This document shows positions 7,549 through 7,942 of a DNA stretch of 7,942 bases, in pieces; within the stretch, counting starts at the first letter, position 1, and each line of letters opens with the position of its first letter. The DNA comes from Octopus sinensis (lineage: Eukaryota), in contig NW_021828697.1 in the NCBI RefSeq assembly GCF_006345805.1, positions 1 through 7,942 of the forward strand. Direction: 5' to 3'. Position numbers and translations under genes: made by a program. Below the pieces are notes generated by a model, which was not told the DNA's origin, made no database searches, and worked only from the letters and a program-made list of their open reading frames with translations.

Positions 7549-7942
7549 CATCCGTCTGTCTATCTATCTATCTGTCTGTCTATCTATCTGTCTATCTATC
7601 TATCTGTCTGTCTATCTATCTGTCTATCTATCTATCTATCTATTCATCTATCTGTCTATCTATCTATCTATCTATCTATTCATCTATCTGTCTATCTATC
7701 TATCTATCTATCTATCTATCCATCCATCCATCTATCTATCTATCCATCTATCTATCTATCCATCTGTCTGTCTGTGTATCCATCTATCTATCCATCTGTC
7801 TGTCTGTGTATCCATCTATCTATCCATCTGTCTGTCTGTGTATCCATCTATCTATCCATCTGTCTGTCTGTGTATCCATCTATCTATCCATCTGTCTGTC
7901 TGTGTATCCATCTGTCTATCTCTGTCTGTCTGTGTATCCATC
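7464..7942. repeat. (TATC)n/(TGTC)n/(CATC)n tetranucleotide array (GATA/GACA satellite on the minus strand) with a 32-bp higher-order repeat at 7761-7942
   Basis: Directly visible. The unit catctgtctgtctgtgtatccatctatctatc starts at 7761, 7793, 7825, 7857 and 7889 (variant). Confidence 0.97.

Noticed and set aside
7761-7942. Regular 32-bp repeats resembling a CRISPR-like period
   Set aside because: The repeats are head-to-tail with no unique spacers, are built from tetranucleotide microsatellite units, and sit in a eukaryotic context with no cas genes.

Overview
AT-rich, microsatellite-dense eukaryotic non-coding DNA. It is most likely from a cephalopod (octopus-like) genome; this is inferred from the SINE structures and repeat landscape, not from a search. 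No complete protein-coding gene, CRISPR array, rRNA or genuine tRNA is supported. The longest ORFs in the track come from (TA)n/(CA)n/(CT)n repeats, and the rest are short and unrecognised. The window is well explained as intronic or intergenic DNA. It carries two tRNA-derived SINEs on the minus strand (2769-3089 with a 12-bp target-site duplication; ~5362-5607 with a CORE-like domain), a complete 278-bp non-autonomous Helitron (4842-5119, minus), a few unclassified repeat fragments, local duplications and many simple repeats. The best structural observation is that the two SINEs have different bodies but share an ~80-bp 3' tail. That tail contains a stem-loop with a compensatory A-U/U-A change, pointing to a common partner LINE. 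Several plus-strand exon-like segments exist, but I could not join them into a coherent gene model. I find no support for a genuinely new biological system in this window.
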